A stretch of 64,000 nucleotides of DNA, from NCBI GenBank assembly GCA_965140705.1, contig OZ223300.1:1856001-1920000 (forward strand), in the 5' to 3' direction. The position numbers and the translations under genes are program-made. This stretch comes from an uncultured Arcobacter sp. (GTDB lineage: Bacteria > Campylobacterota > Campylobacteria > Campylobacterales > Arcobacteraceae). This document shows positions 60,383 through 64,000 of the stretch, in pieces (position 1 is the first letter of the stretch; each line of letters begins with the position of its first letter). The notes beneath the pieces are model-generated. The model searched no databases. It was not told where the DNA came from and saw only the letters and a list, made by a program, of their open reading frames with translations.

Positions 60383-61000
60383 TTATGATAAAAATTTAAA
60401 GGCAGAGTTAATACCTATTATTAACATCTGCACTCCAATAACTGCTAAAATTAAGCCCATCAATCTTGTAACTAAACTAAGTCCATGTTCACCAAAAGTA
60501 GATACAATTTTAGAACTAAATATAAAACAAATATAAGTAATAATACACAAAATAGCAAAAACAACAACAGTAATAATAATCTCAATCCAACCACCACTTG
60601 CAGAATAATTCATTGCTGTTGCAATAGTTCCAGGACCTGCTAATAGTGGAACAGCTAAAGGAGATATAGCTACATCTGTATCTTCACTCTCTTTTGCTGT
60701 ATGCATCTTAGAATTTGAACCTTGAAGCATATGATACCCCACCAAAAATATCAAAATACCTCCAGTTATTTTTAAAGCAGGAAGAGTTATTCCAAATAGA
60801 TGAAAAATCGATTTACCTAAAATTGCAAATAAAACTATTATCACAAAAGTTATAATCAAAGATTTTTTAGCAATCATTTTTTGAGTAGCTTGATTCTCAT
60901 TACCAGTAAGTGCTGCAAAAACAGTAGTATTTGCAATAGGATTCATAATTGCAAAAAAAGCCATAAAAACAGTAAGTGCATGTTCTATTTCTAAATTCAT
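60383..61000 (-). CDS. MarC family membrane protein
   Basis: IMNP, FGI......GG, PLA.PL.AGPG.I, R.MGLIL. Confidence 0.92.
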   Translation of the reverse strand: MNLEIEHALTVFMAFFAIMNPIANTTVFAALTGNENQATQKMIAKKSLIITFVIIVLFAILGKSIFHLFGITLPALKITGGILIFLVGYHMLQGSNSKMHTAKESEDTDVAISPLAVPLLAGPGTIATAMNYSASGGWIEIIITVVVFAILCIITYICFIFSSKIVSTFGEHGLSLVTRLMGLILAVIGVQMLIIGINSAFKFLS

Positions 61001-61146
61001 TTTCTCTCTTTTTTAATTAAGGTTTTAAGTAAACAAGCAGATTTTTAAAACTTGTACTACTTTTATTATCACTTATTTTCATTTTTTTCAATACCAAACT
61101 CATCCCAATCATTCCATCCAGAAAAAGTTAAGGATTTTTGTTTATT

Positions 61147-61437
61147 TTAAATATCAAAAAGTTTTAAAACTGTTGTTTTCTCCCGAAATAGTGGACTTTT
61201 AGAATCTGCTTCAATCATATGAGCAGTTTTATCATGTGCCAAAAGTGCCTCTTTAGAAGCCCATTTTTCAAGAATAATAAATCTATTTTTATCTCCTTGT
61301 ACTTCTTTTAATTCATATTGAATACATCCCTCTTCTTTTAATACAAGGGGAGCCAATTCTTTAAAGGCTTCAATTTGTTTATACCTTAGCCCATCTTTTA
61401 CTACGATATCAATGATTAATGATATTTCCGAATTCAT
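61147..61437 (-). CDS. Antibiotic biosynthesis monooxygenase / quinol monooxygenase-like
   Basis: E.GC.QY.L, F...E.W.S..AL.AH..T.H. Confidence 0.85.
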   Translation of the reverse strand: MNSEISLIIDIVVKDGLRYKQIEAFKELAPLVLKEEGCIQYELKEVQGDKNRFIILEKWASKEALLAHDKTAHMIEADSKSPLFREKTTVLKLFDI

Positions 61438-61460
61438 TTAATTTTCCTTTTGTATATTTA

Positions 61461-62078
61461 TTATTGTTGATTTGCAAAAGCTAATTTTATCCCTAATAAA
61501 GCAAATGTTCCAGCAAAAGCTCGCTGTATAAATCTACTAATTTTTTGAGAATTAATTAAATAATTTCGAATACTATTTGCAAGTAATCCATATAAAATAA
61601 AAACAATAAAAGTCATAAGCATAAAGATTGCACCTAAGCTTAACATATTAGTTGTATAAGAGGCATTATTTATTGGTAGAAATTGTGGTAAAAAAGCTAA
61701 GAAGAAGATTGTAAGTTTAGGATTTAATATATTAATCAAAAATCCTTTTAAGGCTATCGATAACACTCCTTTAGCATTAATTTCTTCATTTAAAGATAAA
61801 GAATCATTTGATTTCCACATCAAGTATGCTAAATATAATAAATAAACAACTCCTGCATATTTTACTATTTGAAATGCAAGAGCACTAGTATGAATAACAA
61901 CAGCCAATCCTAAAATACTTGCTAAAAGAGAAGGAACAATACCTAAAGTACATCCAAGTGAAGCAAAAAAGCTAGCTTTTTTACCAAAAAATAGTCCTGT
62001 GGAAATAGTATATAAAACACCTGTTCCAGGTATTAAAACTACAACTAAAGAAGTAAGTAAAAATTCCATACTTATCAT
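61461..62078 (-). CDS. LysE/RhtB family translocator
   Basis: PG.G, K..G..YL.YLA, N.LNPK..IFF.AFLPQF. Confidence 0.9.
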   Translation of the reverse strand: MISMEFLLTSLVVVLIPGTGVLYTISTGLFFGKKASFFASLGCTLGIVPSLLASILGLAVVIHTSALAFQIVKYAGVVYLLYLAYLMWKSNDSLSLNEEINAKGVLSIALKGFLINILNPKLTIFFLAFLPQFLPINNASYTTNMLSLGAIFMLMTFIVFILYGLLANSIRNYLINSQKISRFIQRAFAGTFALLGIKLAFANQQ

Positions 62079-62126
62079 TTATTTTCTCCAACTCCACTAA
62101 TTTATTAATAATATATCAAAATAAGA

Positions 62127-62885
62127 CTATATTATTTTTTTTGCCTTTAAAGCTTGCAATACTATTTCTTTTCTATATTTTAATTGCTTATTTGAGATAT
62201 CAGCATTTAAAGCAAAAAACCAAACACCCTTTTTACTTTTCACATAACCAACATACCAGCCAATTTTTCCTGACCACCCACTCTTTGCTTTAATTGTATA
62301 CTCTTTTGTTTTTTCTACTGTTAGTATTTTTTTAGTTATATCTATATATTTTTGTTTAAAAGGCAAATTATTATTATAAAGTCTTTTTAAAAAATCTATC
62401 TGTTCAAATGAAGATATTTTCAAATCACCTTCCAACCAAAAAGTTGTCACATCTGAACCTGTCTTTTCATTACCATAATGTAATTCTTTTAGATAAGCTA
62501 AATATTTATCATTACCAATTTTTTTTGCAAATCTTTGATAGCACCAGACACAAGATATTGAAATAGCACTTTGTAAAGTTTGATCTTTATTCCAAGCCCC
62601 ATAAGACCTTACAACTCCATCCCATTTTATAACTTCATTTTCATCTTTTATCACTCTTTCCTCAAGTGCAATAAGTGTATTTGGTATCTTAAATGTAGAA
62701 GCTGGGATATATCTAGTCATTGCTCTTTTTTTATTATAGATATACTCTTTTTTACCATCTAATGATGAAATAACTAAGGTTCCATTAACTTGTGTTTTAT
62801 CAAATATATTTTTCAACTCTTTATCATTGGCACATAATAAATTAAAAAACAAACTTAACAAAATAATTATTTTAAAAATTCCCAT
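62127..62885 (-). CDS. blaOXA: Class D (OXA-type) beta-lactamase
   Basis: Signal peptide; PASTFK, SCV (SxV), YGN, FWL.G, KSG, GW.VG, FFA.N. Confidence 0.9.
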   Translation of the reverse strand: MGIFKIIILLSLFFNLLCANDKELKNIFDKTQVNGTLVISSLDGKKEYIYNKKRAMTRYIPASTFKIPNTLIALEERVIKDENEVIKWDGVVRSYGAWNKDQTLQSAISISCVWCYQRFAKKIGNDKYLAYLKELHYGNEKTGSDVTTFWLEGDLKISSFEQIDFLKRLYNNNLPFKQKYIDITKKILTVEKTKEYTIKAKSGWSGKIGWYVGYVKSKKGVWFFALNADISNKQLKYRKEIVLQALKAKKII

Positions 62886-62907
62886 TAATTTCCCTTTTAA
62901 CTTTTAC

Positions 62908-63687
62908 TCAAACTAAAGATTGAATATACTCATAAGCTGTCACTCCATATACTCTTTTAAAGTGCCTATTAAAATGTGATAAATCAGTAAAACCATACTC
63001 CACAACAGCAGCATATAGATCTTTTGTATGCTCTAAATATATTTTAGCATGAATCAATTTACAATTTAAAAAGAATTGATAGGGAGTTATTCCTGTATTT
63101 GCCTTAAACATTCTTATAAATTGAAATTTACTTAAGCTTAGCTCTTTTGATATTTCATCTATATTTAAAACATCATCCAACTCATAATAAATCATCTCTT
63201 TAGCTTTTTTAACAATTAAATTCTCTTTTTTATAATCTAAAATAAAATCATTAGTAGAGAAATTATCTGTAATATTTAACAATAATTCAGAACATAAAGA
63301 TTCATCTCTTTCAAATAAAATAGCAGATGATAGATTAATAATATCTTGTTTTAGCTTTTCATTATACACAATAGAAGAGGAAAACTTGACCATATCTTTT
63401 TTACCTAATGCTTCCAAAAAAAGTTCTGGCTTAATATACAACATAACATAATCTAAAGACTCATCATTACATCCTGATTCTCCATCATGTAGTTGTTCCG
63501 GATTGAAAAGCATTACTCCATTTTTATATGAGGCTTGGGAAACTCCATCTAAATTATATTTTTGAACTCCATTTAAAGTCACACCCAAAGCATACTCTTC
63601 ATGGGAGTGTTTTTTATATGAAAACTTTTCCATTTTTGCTTTTAGTGCTGTGATATCTACTCTATTTTTATAAGTGAACTTATCCAT
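62908..63687 (-). CDS. AraC family transcriptional regulator
   Basis: H.HEEY cupin domain; F.R.FK...G.TP, GF.D.SHF.R.FK..YG; ATG at 63687 avoids overlap. Confidence 0.92.
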   Translation of the reverse strand: MDKFTYKNRVDITALKAKMEKFSYKKHSHEEYALGVTLNGVQKYNLDGVSQASYKNGVMLFNPEQLHDGESGCNDESLDYVMLYIKPELFLEALGKKDMVKFSSSIVYNEKLKQDIINLSSAILFERDESLCSELLLNITDNFSTNDFILDYKKENLIVKKAKEMIYYELDDVLNIDEISKELSLSKFQFIRMFKANTGITPYQFFLNCKLIHAKIYLEHTKDLYAAVVEYGFTDLSHFNRHFKRVYGVTAYEYIQSLV

Positions 63688-63697
63688 AATAACCCAT

Positions 63698-64000
63698 CTA
63701 ATTAAATATTCCTGAAATTGCAATAGCACATATTATTAAAAATATTGCCATGATGTTATTTACTAGTTTATTATATCTATCTAAAAAAGATTTTAGTACT
63801 TTTCCAAATAAAATCCATGATAAAAAAGCAAGACAAGCAATAATTGTAATCAATAACACAAAAAGTGCCAAATACCAAAAAGAAGTATAATAAGGCAAAA
63901 TAAAACTTGGGAAAACAGTCAATGTAAACAATACTGGTTTTGGATTAACAAATTGCATAAGAAAACCTGTTTTAAAAGATGAAAATTGATTTTCTTTTTT
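63698..64000 (-). CDS. LysE family transporter, 3' part (5' end beyond window)
   Basis: GF.MQFVNPK motif and hydrophobic C-terminus. Confidence 0.8.
   Translation of the reverse strand, partial: KKENQFSSFKTGFLMQFVNPKPVLFTLTVFPSFILPYYTSFWYLALFVLLITIIACLAFLSWILFGKVLKSFLDRYNKLVNNIMAIFLIICAIAISGIFN

Noticed and set aside
325..62762. Many short antisense or overlapping ORFs in the supplied track (e.g. 325-558, 18896-19222, 28751-29098, 38420-38785, 52973-53329)
   Set aside because: They lie opposite or inside well-supported genes and show no motifs; shadow ORFs
1..64000. CRISPR array, tRNA, rRNA or riboswitch
   Set aside because: No regularly spaced repeats or GC-rich structured intergenic segments recognised by eye; a covariance-model scan would be needed to exclude small RNAs

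Overview
Very AT-rich bacterial chromosomal window. Gene content and order suggest Campylobacterota, probably Arcobacteraceae (inference). Positions 1-45 kb are mostly core genes: mrdA, chemoreceptors with stand-alone PAS partners, fliP, tolC, engB-lptA-lptC-kdsC-hisB-rlpA-mltD-tatD, hslUV-rplI, ubiX-coaD-tmk-hisS-speA-cysE, uvrA. Positions 45-64 kb are accessory transport, redox and resistance genes. No rRNA, tRNA or CRISPR array was recognised. Highlights: (1) a full-length aconitase A homologue that has lost its catalytic and Fe-S residues, directly upstream of a DEAD-box helicase; (2) a 4,220-bp island integrated into the 3' end of a flavoprotein disulfide reductase gene (48-bp direct repeat, displaced gene tail, integrase remnant) carrying MBOAT/SGNH acylation genes, one frameshifted at a G8 tract; (3) a Slam/DUF560-like outer-membrane protein paired with a FecR-domain + TbpB-like barrel protein; (4) a resolvase-family protein lacking its catalytic serine; (5) two genes, including tatD, that seem to start at ATA in an ATAA stop/start overlap; (6) a candidate leader ORF before a CNNM/CorB gene. 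Family assignments come from motif recognition by eye, not from database searches.
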